Positions 1 through 10,352 of a DNA stretch of 64,000 nucleotides are shown in pieces. Position numbers and translations under genes: made by a program. Numbering within the stretch: position 1 is the first letter of the stretch; the number at the start of each line of letters is the position of its first letter. A model generated the notes under the pieces. That model saw nothing but the letters and a program-made list of their open reading frames with translations. It searched no databases and was not told the origin of the DNA. The stretch comes from an uncultured Acidobacteriaceae bacterium (GTDB lineage Bacteria > Acidobacteriota > Terriglobia > Terriglobales > Acidobacteriaceae): positions 17,708-81,707 of the forward strand of contig CAVVMQ010000007.1 of assembly GCA_963749295.1 (NCBI GenBank), given 5' to 3'.

Positions 1-1
1 G

Positions 2-820
2 CGGGCGCCCACGGAGGCCAAGACAGAAAAGACCGCACCGGCCGAAACGGTGGCAAGTGGCGCTCAGCCTCCGCCAGAGAAGGAGAAGGAGAAAGAGAAG
101 CCGCAGCCTCCTCCGTCAAATCCGGCACCGACAGTAGACCCCGAAGCCCAGGATTGGAACCGGGCCAGCGGCGCTGCCGATCCGTTGCAACTCGAAGAGT
201 ACCTCAAGAAATATCCGACCGGCCCTCACAAGGCGGACGCGGAGTCAAAATTGGAAGATCTGGTTTGGGCGCGCACCAGCCGGGACGACGTTGCGGCTCT
301 GCAGAGCTACCTAAATCGCTTTCCCAAGAGCGCGCATGCGGGCGAAGCGTCCGCCCAAATTGAGGCCACTCGCTGGAAGAACCTGGACAAGAATGATCGC
401 CGGGCTTTGAGCGACTTCATGGGTAAATATCCCAATAGCACCCACCGCAACGAGGCTCAATCGTTCCTGAATGAAATGGATTCGCGAGACGCCGATACGA
501 AAGGCATACAAGCTGCCTTGGATAAGTTCAACGCTGCTTTCGAACATCAGCAAACGCGCGAGTTGAAGGACATTTGGCCGGGCGCTACCAGCAAATACCT
601 CGAACAGCTTCGTCCTCCCGGGGGATACAAGGTTCTCTTCATCCTGAAACCAAGGACGCAAGAACCCGTCATTCAAGCCGGCACAGCAGCGATTTCATGT
701 GATCTAACGACTTCGACAACCCCGCCCGGAGGCCAGGCGAAAACGAATCGAACCGTGGTCACCGTTCGCCTCCGCAAGAATGGAGATCGGTGGCTTATTA
801 CCGACCCGTTCGGGAAGTAA
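2..820 (+). CDS. hypothetical protein, C-terminal part (5' end lies upstream of the window)
   Basis: The frame is open from base 2 with no stop, so the GTG at 50 in the ORF track is probably internal. It has an EKEKEKEK/Pro-rich linker, repeated helical 'Y(L/M)xx(Y/F)Pxxxh' motifs, and a SnoaL/DUF4440-like tail (DKFNAAFEHQQTRELKDIWPG). Confidence 0.6.
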   Translation, partial: RAPTEAKTEKTAPAETVASGAQPPPEKEKEKEKPQPPPSNPAPTVDPEAQDWNRASGAADPLQLEEYLKKYPTGPHKADAESKLEDLVWARTSRDDVAALQSYLNRFPKSAHAGEASAQIEATRWKNLDKNDRRALSDFMGKYPNSTHRNEAQSFLNEMDSRDADTKGIQAALDKFNAAFEHQQTRELKDIWPGATSKYLEQLRPPGGYKVLFILKPRTQEPVIQAGTAAISCDLTTSTTPPGGQAKTNRTVVTVRLRKNGDRWLITDPFGK

Positions 821-862
821 TCGCCGGCCGAAATTAGTAACTCAAAATCCCGAGGCCGCGGC

Positions 863-2404
863 TCAGAACGTGTAGCTTAACCCGTAAAGCGGCGTGGCGC
901 GTGCGGTGAGACCGTTATTGTCGAACCGAACCAGCATGTTGAATGTACCCACCAAATTACCCACGATGCGTGCCTTATAGCCGAACGCGCCGCTGTACTG
1001 CCCGAACGAGGTGTGACCGCCGTCCGTGAACCCCGTCGCCGTTACGACCGGAGCACTCGAAGTCTTGGTGGTTTGCGGGAGCGGGACATTCGCGACCGAT
1101 CCAGTTGTCAGGTTTTCAATGCCGTGAATCCAACCGATCTGGTTCCCAAGGATGTCAACGACGACTGTATTATGTCGTCCCAGGGCTACTTCCGACCCCA
1201 CGGCCCACGAGAAAACGTCGGGCAGGTAGTCCTTAGTGGAACTGAGTGGTGGTGCCAGGGCAGAGACCCCATCGGGCAGCGTCACGGTCGTACCTCCGTT
1301 GATCCCTCCTCCCAAAATGCTCTTTCCAGCGAACTGCCATCCTACATTGATATGGGGCGAGAAAACGATGCCATTGCTCCACGGTTTTGTGTACAGCGAG
1401 AGGGCGGCAAAGGGTTTGAAGGCGACCGCGCCGGTTCCCAGGAAGTTGCGTTCGTCCCCTGTCGGCAACCGCAAGTCGCCTCCCACGGCGAGCGCCAATT
1501 TGCTCCCTTCGATTACGTTCCCTTTGAATCTCAGCAACATGTCCCCAAACCCGGTCTTAGAGAAACTGGAGAAGCCGATCTGCGAAAGTATCAGGCCACT
1601 CCCGGTAACCCCGTCAGGCGGCGCGCCAGGCGTGAATGTGTCTAGACACCAGCAATTCGGTTGCGAGGAACCCGCTTGATCGCCAAATCCATCCCCAACA
1701 TAAATAAGCCCATTGTAGGTCTGCGACGAAAAAGCCGCGTGAACCACCGGCAGCCCGACGGACACATCGATACGATTGGTGACCCCGTAGGTGAGGAACG
1801 CCACATTCTGTGAGAGCCGAAGATCCATCTTGACATTGACCGTGGCCGGAAACGTCACAAGGGTCTGTCCGTTGGCCTGAAGTGTAGTTGCAACACCACC
1901 CTTATCCAGCATCGTAACCGGATTGAGAGACTGCCCATTCAGCGAAGTGAAATGAAAGTTCTGGCTCGAAACTCCAATGTAGAGCTTGTGCTTGCCGATC
2001 GTCTCGGCACGTTCGGTGAAGATGGGACCCAACGAGATGCTTGAGGGCAGTTCGGCTCCCGTCACTGGGTCCGTCTTGGTAATCACTCCAGAAGCGGGAG
2101 ATGCAAGCGGCAATACCGATAACGCCGTCGCAATGCTGCCGTTAAGGCTGCCAGCCAATCCGAAGATGCCCGGCTGAGCCTTGAAGTTGCTCGAATTCTT
2201 GAGGGGACACAGACCTGACGGCAGATTGCACGGCGGCATCCCGTTGTAGCTCGTGACACTCGCAATTGTCCCCGCGAGAGGCGAGGGCGGCTGAACTATG
2301 GCGGAATAGGGCAAGACGTCGAAAACATCGGGGGGTATCGATTGTGCCTTGGCAAATCCCGCAAGCGATATAGACAGAAGCAGAAGCGCAACTCTTTTCG
2401 TCAA
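863..2404 (-). CDS. outer-membrane beta-barrel protein (family not assigned)
   Basis: Signal peptide MTKRVALLLLSISLAGFAKAQ, a Gly/Ser/Thr-rich alternating strand pattern, and a C-terminal ...YGLSYTF ending in Phe, as in BAM substrates. Confidence 0.7.
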   Translation of the reverse strand: MTKRVALLLLSISLAGFAKAQSIPPDVFDVLPYSAIVQPPSPLAGTIASVTSYNGMPPCNLPSGLCPLKNSSNFKAQPGIFGLAGSLNGSIATALSVLPLASPASGVITKTDPVTGAELPSSISLGPIFTERAETIGKHKLYIGVSSQNFHFTSLNGQSLNPVTMLDKGGVATTLQANGQTLVTFPATVNVKMDLRLSQNVAFLTYGVTNRIDVSVGLPVVHAAFSSQTYNGLIYVGDGFGDQAGSSQPNCWCLDTFTPGAPPDGVTGSGLILSQIGFSSFSKTGFGDMLLRFKGNVIEGSKLALAVGGDLRLPTGDERNFLGTGAVAFKPFAALSLYTKPWSNGIVFSPHINVGWQFAGKSILGGGINGGTTVTLPDGVSALAPPLSSTKDYLPDVFSWAVGSEVALGRHNTVVVDILGNQIGWIHGIENLTTGSVANVPLPQTTKTSSAPVVTATGFTDGGHTSFGQYSGAFGYKARIVGNLVGTFNMLVRFDNNGLTARATPLYGLSYTF

Positions 2405-2561
2405 GAGCCACCTCGCAGATTGGCAGGGTTAGAGGGCTGAATTATACAACATCAATCCTGAGTACTTGCAAGAGTCTGCGATTTCATCGCCCGTTTCGAT
2501 CCGTGCGGTCTCCACTCCTGCGGGATAGAATGGTTTGATCTTTTATACTCGGGGGAGAACG

Positions 2562-3953
2562 ATGCACTTCGAACAGTTTTATCTGGGCTGTCTGGCGCAT
2601 GCCTCCTACATGCTGGCCTCGGAGGGTGAAGCCGTTGTGGTCGATCCGCAGCGTGACGTGGAAATTTACCTGCAGGCTGCCGAGACGAATCGGGTTTCCA
2701 TCCGCCATATCTTCGAGACTCACCTGCACGCCGACTTTGTTTCCGGGCACAGAGAGCTGGCGGCCAGAACCGGCGCGCGCATCTACATTGGCGCACAGGC
2801 AGGGGCGACGTTCCCTCACGTAGCGATCGAGGACGGTTTCCAACTGCGGGTTGGGAAGATGCGCCTCACAGCTCTGGAAACGCCGGGGCACACCCCGGAG
2901 AGCATGTGCTTCGTAATTACAGATGAGGAAAAGTCTCCCGCGCCCTGGGCGGTTCTGACTGGCGACACGCTCTTCCTCGGAGACGTGGGCCGTCCCGATC
3001 TTTCCAAGCGCTATACTCCGGTGCAACTTGCAGGCATGCTCTATGACAGCCTGCACGGGAAGTTACTCACGCTAGCCGATAATGTTTTGGTTTATCCGGC
3101 GCACGGGGCTGGTTCACTTTGTGGGCGCAACATGCGCGCCGAGCGTGTCTCTACCGTCGGCACCGAGCGGCTCACCAATTACGCCTTGCAGATCAAGAGC
3201 AGGGAAGAGTTCGTTCAACAGTTGACCAGCAAGCTGCCGGCGCGTCCGGCATATTTCGCCCAGGACGCGGAAATCAATCGCACTGGAGCCTCGGCGCTGT
3301 CAGACCTCCCGGCCTTGCCACCGGTTGAACCTGCCGAACTGAAAACTCTCTTGGCGGAAGGTGCAATCGGGTTGGACGTTCGTTCAGGCGATCAGTTCGC
3401 CGCTGGGCACGTGCCGGGGTCGGTGAATATTGCGTTGTCAGGACAGTTCGCCTCGTGGGCGGGAGCGCTGCTGGGTCTGGCGGCGTGCCCCGTCTTGATT
3501 GCCGATTCGCAAGAAGCAGTGTCGGAAGCCCGCATGAGACTGGCCCGTATCGGCCTCGAAGATGCCCGGGGATACCTCAAGGGAGGCGTCGAAGCCTGGA
3601 AACAAGCGGGATTTCCCGTGGCCACACTTCCACAAATTAGCGTGGAAGCTCTCAGCGGCCGCTTGCAAGAATCAGACGTGCAGGTGCTCGATGTCCGCCG
3701 CGAGCCTGAGTGGGAAGCCGGGCACATCGAAGGCGCAACCTGGTGGCCGCTCGATAACTTCAAAGTAGCGCCCCCCGAAATCGATCGCAATCTTCCCATC
3801 GCCGTTCACTGCAAGGGAGGCTACCGCAGCATGATCGCCTGCAGCCTGCTCCAGCGAGCCGGTTTTCAGAATGTGGTGAATGTAGTGGGAGGGTTCGACG
3901 CCTGGCATCACGCGAAGCTTCCGATGGTCATCGAAAAGCCGGTCGGGGCCTGA
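2562..3953 (+). CDS. CstB-like persulfide dioxygenase: MBL-fold domain fused to two rhodanese domains
   Basis: ATG at 2562 follows SD GGGGGAG (2551-2557). Metal motif HLHADFVSGH; the middle rhodanese lacks the catalytic Cys; the C-terminal rhodanese has the active-site loop HCKGGYRS. Confidence 0.85.
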   Translation: MHFEQFYLGCLAHASYMLASEGEAVVVDPQRDVEIYLQAAETNRVSIRHIFETHLHADFVSGHRELAARTGARIYIGAQAGATFPHVAIEDGFQLRVGKMRLTALETPGHTPESMCFVITDEEKSPAPWAVLTGDTLFLGDVGRPDLSKRYTPVQLAGMLYDSLHGKLLTLADNVLVYPAHGAGSLCGRNMRAERVSTVGTERLTNYALQIKSREEFVQQLTSKLPARPAYFAQDAEINRTGASALSDLPALPPVEPAELKTLLAEGAIGLDVRSGDQFAAGHVPGSVNIALSGQFASWAGALLGLAACPVLIADSQEAVSEARMRLARIGLEDARGYLKGGVEAWKQAGFPVATLPQISVEALSGRLQESDVQVLDVRREPEWEAGHIEGATWWPLDNFKVAPPEIDRNLPIAVHCKGGYRSMIACSLLQRAGFQNVVNVVGGFDAWHHAKLPMVIEKPVGA

Positions 3954-4052
3954 GTTGGTCGCAACCTACACGAATCACGCCTGCTGAACCCCCAACCGAC
4001 ACGTCGGCCACCGGCTACCTACTGCGGCTGTCCGGGAGACACTAATCAGAAA

Positions 4053-4409
4053 TCACATGCCTTCAAAATAGTTTTCCCCATGCCCTTTGAACACCGAACC
4101 CAATCCGCTGCGGCCGAACAGGTCTTTGATCCGCGCCTTAGGATTCGCTATCTCCAGAACGCAATTGGCCCTTGTCGCGTGCATATAAACAGCCACCAGC
4201 GCTCCCAAACCGGAACTGTCAATGTAGTCTACATTCGTCAGATCTAAGATCACGCGCTTGTTATGCGAGATCAGATCGCGAAGCGTGTTCTCCAGCATGG
4301 TCGAGGTAGATGAGGTGATCCGGCCTGTCGCTCGGACAGTGGTTTCGGATTCTGTCCTCTCTGGTTCGAGTCTTAATTCGGTGGGGCGAATAACCGGGTT
4401 AGCAGCCAT
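4053..4409 (-). CDS. STAS-domain anti-sigma-factor antagonist (SpoIIAA/RsbV-like)
   Basis: LDLTNVDYIDSSGLGALV motif containing the conserved phosphorylatable Ser; about 118 aa, typical size. Confidence 0.8.
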   Translation of the reverse strand: MAANPVIRPTELRLEPERTESETTVRATGRITSSTSTMLENTLRDLISHNKRVILDLTNVDYIDSSGLGALVAVYMHATRANCVLEIANPKARIKDLFGRSGLGSVFKGHGENYFEGM

Positions 4410-4838
4410 GGCGAAGCTCCTTTGTTATTAAATGCGAGGTCGGCCCTTTCTCCGAGAGCCAAAGTCTGCGCCAACCTCGTAAACTTCAATGCTGCGAGAT
4501 TGCCTTCCAGGTTCGACTAGGCAGCCAAAGATATACGAAATCAACACAAAGTCAAGACTAATCAGAGGATGCCCCTTGCAGCTTCAGGGCGATGAAGGAC
4601 CGCCATGCCTGCTGACCGGAGATAGTTTGGCCGATCACGGAGTCGGGCAATGGCAGGCGTGATGCGAGGACAAGTCAGTGAAGGCGATGGAGATGGCGGC
4701 GCTCGCTCAAAGCACGGTTGAGCGTACTATCGCCGCACCACGCATTGGCTGCTACCTTAAAGTGAATTGACCTAAGAGAACCCTTCTTTTCTCCTTAACG
4801 CGGTAGACTTGCAACAAGGCCTTGGGAAGCGACCGACC

Positions 4839-5705
4839 ATGAAAACCACCAAACTAGCGAAGTGCTACCGCGTCGACGACGGCAAGCATTTCCGCCTGAA
4901 AGACTTCGATCCCGCCGACACCGGAGATTGGCATTCGGAAGACGAAGCCAAAGAGCGCTTGCAAGAAGACATCGAACGCATGCGGAAGTTGCAGGACAAG
5001 CTTTACGCGCAGGATTGCTGGTCTGTGCTGCTCATCATTCAGGCCATGGACGCTGCCGGCAAAGACAGCACCATCAAGCACGTCATGTCTGGCGTGAATC
5101 CGGAGGGCGTCCAGGTGCGCTCGTTTAAACAGCCGTCAAGCACGGAGCTGCAACATGATTTCCTTTGGCGCACCACGCAGCATCTACCGGAACGCGGGCA
5201 CATCGGGATCTTCAATCGTTCTTATTATGAAGAGGTGCTGATCGTGCGCGTGCATCCCAAGGTGCTCGCGGGCGAGAACCTTCCGCCAACGCTCGTGACC
5301 AAGAACATCTGGGAAGAACGCTTCGAAAGCATCCGCAACTTCGAGAGGCACCTGGCGCGCAACGGCACGGTGATCCGCAAGTTCTTCCTGCACCTCTCGA
5401 AGAAGGAGCAGAAGCGCCGCTTCCTGGCGCGCCTCGACGAACCGGAGAAAAACTGGAAGTTCTCCGCCGCCGACATTCACGAACGCAAGTATTGGGACGA
5501 GTATCAGAACGCCTACGAAGACATGATTCGCAACACTGCAACAAAGCACGCCCCATGGTGCGTCATTCCCGCCGACAATAAATGGTTCACGCACCTGGCA
5601 GTCGCCGCAGCAATCGTAGAAACGCTGGAAGAACTCGACCTATCCTACCCAAAGGTCGATGCCGCGAAACGTAAAGAGCTTCAGGCGGCTCGGCGACTGC
5701 TGTGA
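4839..5705 (+). CDS. ppk2: polyphosphate kinase 2 (PPK2) family polyphosphate:nucleotide phosphotransferase
   Basis: Walker-A-like DAAGKDSTIKH, plus FLWRTTQHLPERGHIGIFNRSYYEEVLIVRVH, typical of PPK2. The in-frame ATG at 4839 is preferred to the TTG at 4809. Confidence 0.85.
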   Translation: MKTTKLAKCYRVDDGKHFRLKDFDPADTGDWHSEDEAKERLQEDIERMRKLQDKLYAQDCWSVLLIIQAMDAAGKDSTIKHVMSGVNPEGVQVRSFKQPSSTELQHDFLWRTTQHLPERGHIGIFNRSYYEEVLIVRVHPKVLAGENLPPTLVTKNIWEERFESIRNFERHLARNGTVIRKFFLHLSKKEQKRRFLARLDEPEKNWKFSAADIHERKYWDEYQNAYEDMIRNTATKHAPWCVIPADNKWFTHLAVAAAIVETLEELDLSYPKVDAAKRKELQAARRLL

Positions 5706-5716
5706 AGGTTTAGGGG

Positions 5717-5797
5717 CAAGTGGTAAGTGGCCAGTGGTCAGTGTTCAGAAAACCTCTTTCTTACTGGCCACCGACCACTGGCCACCGACCACTTGCT
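5717..5797. repeat. heptamer-periodic imperfect hairpin (NNAGTGG x4 / CCACTGG-CCACCGA x5)
   Basis: Left arm caagtgg taagtgg ccagtgg tcagtgt (5717-5744). The reverse complement of the right arm (5761-5797) is caagtgg tcggtgg ccagtgg tcggtgg. It lies directly after the ppk2 stop. Confidence 0.8.
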
Positions 5798-5918
5798 TTC
5801 CATTATGTTGCCATCGCAGTACCATAGGGACGATTATCTCTTCTCTCTATCCACCTCTCTAAACTGGGGGCACGCGAACATGGCCGGTCGAAACACGTTT
5901 TGCAAGATCAACTCCGAA

Positions 5919-8900
5919 ATGATTCAGATAGTCTGGTTGCCCCTTCTTCTCGCCGCACTCACCCTGTGGGGTCAGACCGCGGCTCTTGCCCAGACCAAGC
6001 CTGAGCGTCAATCGAAGGCTGCCAAGGCCGCGGAGTCCACGCCAACAAAAGCGACCAACACTGATCAGAAAACAACTCCGGAAGACGAATCCGGCAAGCC
6101 GGAAGACAAACTGTTCAAGGGCATGAAGTATCGCTTGATCGGTCCGTTCCGCGGCGGACGTTCCCTGACCGCCGCCGGAATTCCGGGCGATCCCACGACC
6201 TACTATTTCGGCGCGACGGGCGGCGGAGTCTGGAAGTCCACCGACGGGGCCATGACCTGGTCACCAATTTTCGATAAAGAGGGAACGGGATCGATCGGCA
6301 GCCTGGCCGTGGCCACTTCCGATCACAACATTATTTACGTAGGCACAGGCGAAGCTTGTATACGCGGCAACATTTCTCAAGGCGATGGAGTCTACAAGTC
6401 TCTCGACGCGGGCAAGACCTGGAAGAACGTTGGTCTCGGCGACACTCGCGCCATCGGCAAAATCATTATCAATCCGGATAATCCCGACATCGTTTTCGTG
6501 GCGGCTCTCGGCCATCCCTATGGACCCAACGCCGAACGCGGCGTCTTCCGCACGGTCGATGGCGGCAAGACATGGGAAAAGGTTCTCTACAAAGATGACA
6601 ACACCGGAGGCATCGACGTGGCCTTCGATCCCCGCAACCCCCACATCTTGTTTGCCGCGCTCTGGCAGGCGCGGCGCACCCCGTGGAGTCTTACCGACGG
6701 CGGTCCGGGCAGCGGCCTCTACCGCTCGAACGACGGGGGCGCAACCTGGAAGCGGCTCGAAGAACATGGCCTGCCCAAAGGCCCCTACGGACGCATCGGC
6801 GTCGCCGTCGCGGCCAACTCTGATCGCGTCTACGCCCTCATCGAAGCGCGCAATCCCGATGGCGGCCTTTACCGCTCCGAAGATGGCGGCGAGACCTGGG
6901 AGTCCGTCAATTCCAGTCACAGTCTGTGGCAGCGGCCCTGGTATTACATGCACATCTTCGCTGACCCGAAAGACGAAAACGTCGTCTACATATTAGATGT
7001 GGACGCGTACAAATCCACCGACGGCGGTCACCTCTTCAACAAGATCAAGATTCCGCACGGCGACAACCACGGCCTCTGGATTGATCCCAAAGACCCCCGC
7101 CGCATGATCGCATCGAACGACGGTGGCGTTACAGTGACGTTGGATGGCGGCAAGAACTGGACGCGCGAAGACAACCAACCCACGGCGCAGTTCTACCACG
7201 TCACCACCGACTCAGCCGTGCCGTATCGCGTTTACGGCGCTCAGCAAGACAGCGGCACTGTGGCCATCGTCAGCCGCAGCGACGACGGCGCCATCGATCG
7301 CTCCGACTGGTACGACGTGGGTGGAGGCGAGGCGGGCTACATCGCGCCCTTTCCGCCCGACCCGAATATTGTCTACGCCGCCGACTATCAGGGAAACATC
7401 ACGCGCTTCGACAAGCGCATCGGGCAGGTGAGAGCCATCACCGAGCAGCCTGTGATTTCCGACGGTAACGGCGCCGCAACCCTAGAGCATCGTTTCCAGT
7501 GGACCGCCCCCGTGCTCATTTCTCCGCACGATCCGAACACGCTCTACCACGGCGGCGAACGTCTGTTCAAAACCACGGACGGCGGCGTGCACTGGCAGGC
7601 GATGAGCCCCGATCTCACGCGCAACGACAAGAGCAAGCAGCAAGCTTCAGGCGGCGAGATCACTCTCGACGACACCGGTACCGAATACTACGACACGATC
7701 TTTGCCGTCGCCGAGTCGCCCATCACGAAAGGTTTAATCTGGGTTGGTACCGACGACGGTCTGATCCAAATTACGCGCGACGCTGGCAAGAACTGGGCGA
7801 ACATTACGCCCCACAACAAAGCTCTGCCTGACAAAGACCTGCCGGAATTTAGCCGAGTAAGCCAGGTGGAGGCTTCGCCTCACGATGCAGGCACGGCCTA
7901 CATTGCTGTGGACCGCCATCAGAACGACGACCTTCGCCCCTACATCTTTAAGACGAGCGATTACGGCCAGACCTGGACGAAACTAACCAACGGGATTCCC
8001 GAGGGCAGTTTCGTACGCGCCGTCCGCGAAGACCCGAAGAAGCGCGGGTTGCTCTATGCGGGAACCGAGAACGGCGTCTACGTTTCGTTCAACGATGGCG
8101 CGGATTGGCGCGCGCTCAAACTGAATCTGCCGACCACTCCCATACACGACCTCGTGGTGAAGGGCAACGATCTTGTGGTCGCGACCCACGGGCGCGCGTT
8201 CTGGATTCTCGATGACGTCAGTCCGCTCCGCCAGTTTGATGACGACGTGGCAAAGCAGGATGCTCATCTCTACACCCCGGGGCCGGCGTACCGCATTCAG
8301 GCCGGCGAAGGCGGCGAGCAGCATCCCTCCAAGCGTACGGGGCAGAATCCCGCTGCGGGCGCATTGATTTATTACTACCTGAAGGATGCGCCGAAAGCGC
8401 CGACAGAAGTTAAGCTGGAAATTCTGGACGCCTCCGGTAAGCTGGTACGCAAGTATTCCAGTGTCGAGACCAAGCGCCTCGACGAACCTCCAGATCCCGA
8501 TGACAAGAAGCCGGAAAAAGAGATCAAGCCAGAGGCTGGCTTAAATCACTTCGTGTGGGATTTGCGCTATGAAGAAGCGCATCGCGTTCCCGGCTACTAC
8601 CTGTGGGAATACGGCGGCGGCGCGCGCGGCCCGGTGGCTGTGCCCGGCCAGTATCAGGTGCGGTTGACGGTTGGCGGCGCAAGCCAGGTCGCGCCGCTGG
8701 AAGTGAAGTTGGATCCCCGGGTGAACGTCGGTCAGGCGGACCTGGCCCAGCAGTTCAACATGCTGATGCAGATTCATGAGGAACTGAACCTGGTGTACGA
8801 CGCGGTCAACCAGATTCAGGACGTGCGGTCTCAAGTTGCCGGTCTCAAACGCCGTCTGCCGGAGAACGCCAGCACGAAGCCGATCGCATCCTCGGCCGAC

Positions 8901-9038
8901 GATCTCGAGAAAAAACTGGTCGGAATGCGCGATCAACTCATCAACCTGACCATCAGCGCGAACGAGGATTCGCTCGCCTACCCGCCGCAGATCGACGCCA
9001 AGCTGGCCTTCCTTGCCATGAACGTGGGCAGCAGCTGA
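5919..9038 (+). CDS. BNR/Asp-box repeat (sortilin/VPS10-like) secreted protein; the last ~66 aa are encoded in the +1 frame (9034-9237)
   Basis: Signal peptide MIQIVWLPLLLAALTLWGQTAALAQ from the ATG at 5919. There are at least 10 Asp-boxes (STDGAMTW, SLDAGKTW, TVDGGKTW, SNDGGATW, SEDGGETW, TLDGGKNW, TTDGGVHW, TRDAGKNW, TSDYGQTW...). Confidence 0.8.
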   Translation: MIQIVWLPLLLAALTLWGQTAALAQTKPERQSKAAKAAESTPTKATNTDQKTTPEDESGKPEDKLFKGMKYRLIGPFRGGRSLTAAGIPGDPTTYYFGATGGGVWKSTDGAMTWSPIFDKEGTGSIGSLAVATSDHNIIYVGTGEACIRGNISQGDGVYKSLDAGKTWKNVGLGDTRAIGKIIINPDNPDIVFVAALGHPYGPNAERGVFRTVDGGKTWEKVLYKDDNTGGIDVAFDPRNPHILFAALWQARRTPWSLTDGGPGSGLYRSNDGGATWKRLEEHGLPKGPYGRIGVAVAANSDRVYALIEARNPDGGLYRSEDGGETWESVNSSHSLWQRPWYYMHIFADPKDENVVYILDVDAYKSTDGGHLFNKIKIPHGDNHGLWIDPKDPRRMIASNDGGVTVTLDGGKNWTREDNQPTAQFYHVTTDSAVPYRVYGAQQDSGTVAIVSRSDDGAIDRSDWYDVGGGEAGYIAPFPPDPNIVYAADYQGNITRFDKRIGQVRAITEQPVISDGNGAATLEHRFQWTAPVLISPHDPNTLYHGGERLFKTTDGGVHWQAMSPDLTRNDKSKQQASGGEITLDDTGTEYYDTIFAVAESPITKGLIWVGTDDGLIQITRDAGKNWANITPHNKALPDKDLPEFSRVSQVEASPHDAGTAYIAVDRHQNDDLRPYIFKTSDYGQTWTKLTNGIPEGSFVRAVREDPKKRGLLYAGTENGVYVSFNDGADWRALKLNLPTTPIHDLVVKGNDLVVATHGRAFWILDDVSPLRQFDDDVAKQDAHLYTPGPAYRIQAGEGGEQHPSKRTGQNPAAGALIYYYLKDAPKAPTEVKLEILDASGKLVRKYSSVETKRLDEPPDPDDKKPEKEIKPEAGLNHFVWDLRYEEAHRVPGYYLWEYGGGARGPVAVPGQYQVRLTVGGASQVAPLEVKLDPRVNVGQADLAQQFNMLMQIHEELNLVYDAVNQIQDVRSQVAGLKRRLPENASTKPIASSADDLEKKLVGMRDQLINLTISANEDSLAYPPQIDAKLAFLAMNVGSS

Positions 9039-9225
9039 CGCGGCTCCCACCGAAGCCGAGCAGTTGCAGTTTGAGAAAATGAGGCGGCAAGGCGGCGAGT
9101 TGCTTAGCCGCTGGCAGGACTTGCAGCGCCACGATCTGTCGGACTTCCGAAAGCTCACCGCCGACAGCAATCTTTCCACCGTGGTAGTTCCGCCGGCAGG
9201 TCGAGCCGGAGAGCCTGAAAATACG

Positions 9226-9256
9226 GAAGCGCACTAACAACGAAGCGCACTAACAA
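9226..9256. repeat. tandem duplication gaagcgcactaacaa x2 (period 16)
   Basis: Copies at 9226-9240 and 9242-9256. The first copy carries the TAA (9235-9237) that ends the +1-frame tail of the BNR gene. Confidence 0.9.
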
Positions 9257-9764
9257 ATGACCAAGAAGATCCGCTAAACGGCTGCGCTTGCCGCAATTGA
9301 CCCGTGGGCTAGGCCTGTTACTTTCGTGCTACAGCTATGGCACGGACGGGCCTTGTCCGGCCGTTATTCCACTGCTATTTTTCCGATAGTGATGCTGATC
9401 CTCCCCTGAGGTGAATGGCTGATTCGGATCGTTGAGGGCATCTATGAGGTTCATGCATCTGTGTTATGCAGCTTTGGGCTTCGCGGTGGCTCGCTGGGTA
9501 TTCCGGCGGGAACCGGTGGCCGATCCGGTTTCGCGTTTGCGGGCTTCGGGTCTTCTTTAGAGAGTTTGGGGCCAGGTTTGGGCGCGCGCTCCGTTGCGCC
9601 TCCATTTCGTCCGCGCGCGCCCAGTCTACTTCTTCCACCCCTGCCTTCTAGTACTAAAGTTTGCCAGGGTAACCTGCGCTTCTCGCTTCGCTCTCACTAC
9701 AATCCCCATAGGACATTTGTTTGTCATCCTGAGGCGGGCGCTTTTGTCCGCTTCCTTATTCGTT

Positions 9765-10352
9765 GTGCTGACACCTACCCCAAACCGCCTGAAGTTGGCT
9801 TTGCTGGTTTCAGCAATGTTTCTCTTGGCTCTGCCCTCGTGCCTTACCGCACAGGACGCGGATGAAGCTCCACTGGGAGACGTGGCGCGCAGTTTTCGCA
9901 AGAAACCGGCTGCGTCGGAAGTTGTCATCGATAACGACAATCTGTCGAAGGTAGTGGACGACGCTGAAAGCCGCCACGCGGCTGGCTCGTCACCAGTATT
10001 CTCGCTCGATCCCGCAGGCAAGAGTTTTCGCGTTTCATCTCCCGATGTGGTTTGCAGTCTTTCGTTCAGCTCCAAGACCAGTTCGCTGCTCTCCGATCCG
10101 CTGATGATGGACGAGTTGCCGCGCACCGAACTCGCGAAGCTGGACGGACCGGCAACGATTGACGGAGATTCGCTGCAGGTTTCGATGCACAACGGAACCG
10201 CGTGGGAACTGCGCGAGGTAGTGATCGGCCTGACCATCGTGAAACGCCTCGAGCCCGGAAGCGCAAGCAATTTTGGACAGGCACGGATTGTTCCCGCGGT
10301 CGCGAGTCGGTTCCCCGCAGCAAGCGCAGGACTCGCTCCAGAAGCAACCTGA
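9765..10352 (+). CDS. hypothetical secreted protein; start uncertain and the 3' end possibly frameshifted
   Basis: Starting at the GTG at 9765 gives signal peptide MLTPTPNRLKLALLVSAMFLLALPSCLTAQD. The composition is protein-like, unlike the Ser/Arg-rich antisense ORF 9626-10456. Downstream, the coding-like signal continues in other frames. Confidence 0.45.
   Translation: MLTPTPNRLKLALLVSAMFLLALPSCLTAQDADEAPLGDVARSFRKKPAASEVVIDNDNLSKVVDDAESRHAAGSSPVFSLDPAGKSFRVSSPDVVCSLSFSSKTSSLLSDPLMMDELPRTELAKLDGPATIDGDSLQVSMHNGTAWELREVVIGLTIVKRLEPGSASNFGQARIVPAVASRFPAASAGLAPEAT

Noticed and set aside
5727-5918. Upstream extension of the BNR protein ORF (start 5727)
   Set aside because: The extension runs through the heptamer hairpin and lacks a signal peptide. 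The internal ATG at 5919 gives a canonical signal peptide.
9375-9865. ORFs 9375-9638 (minus strand) and 9461-9865 (plus strand) in the gap after the BNR gene
   Set aside because: They overlap each other, are Arg/Ser/Pro-rich, and have no SD or motifs. They were treated as noncoding or degraded DNA.
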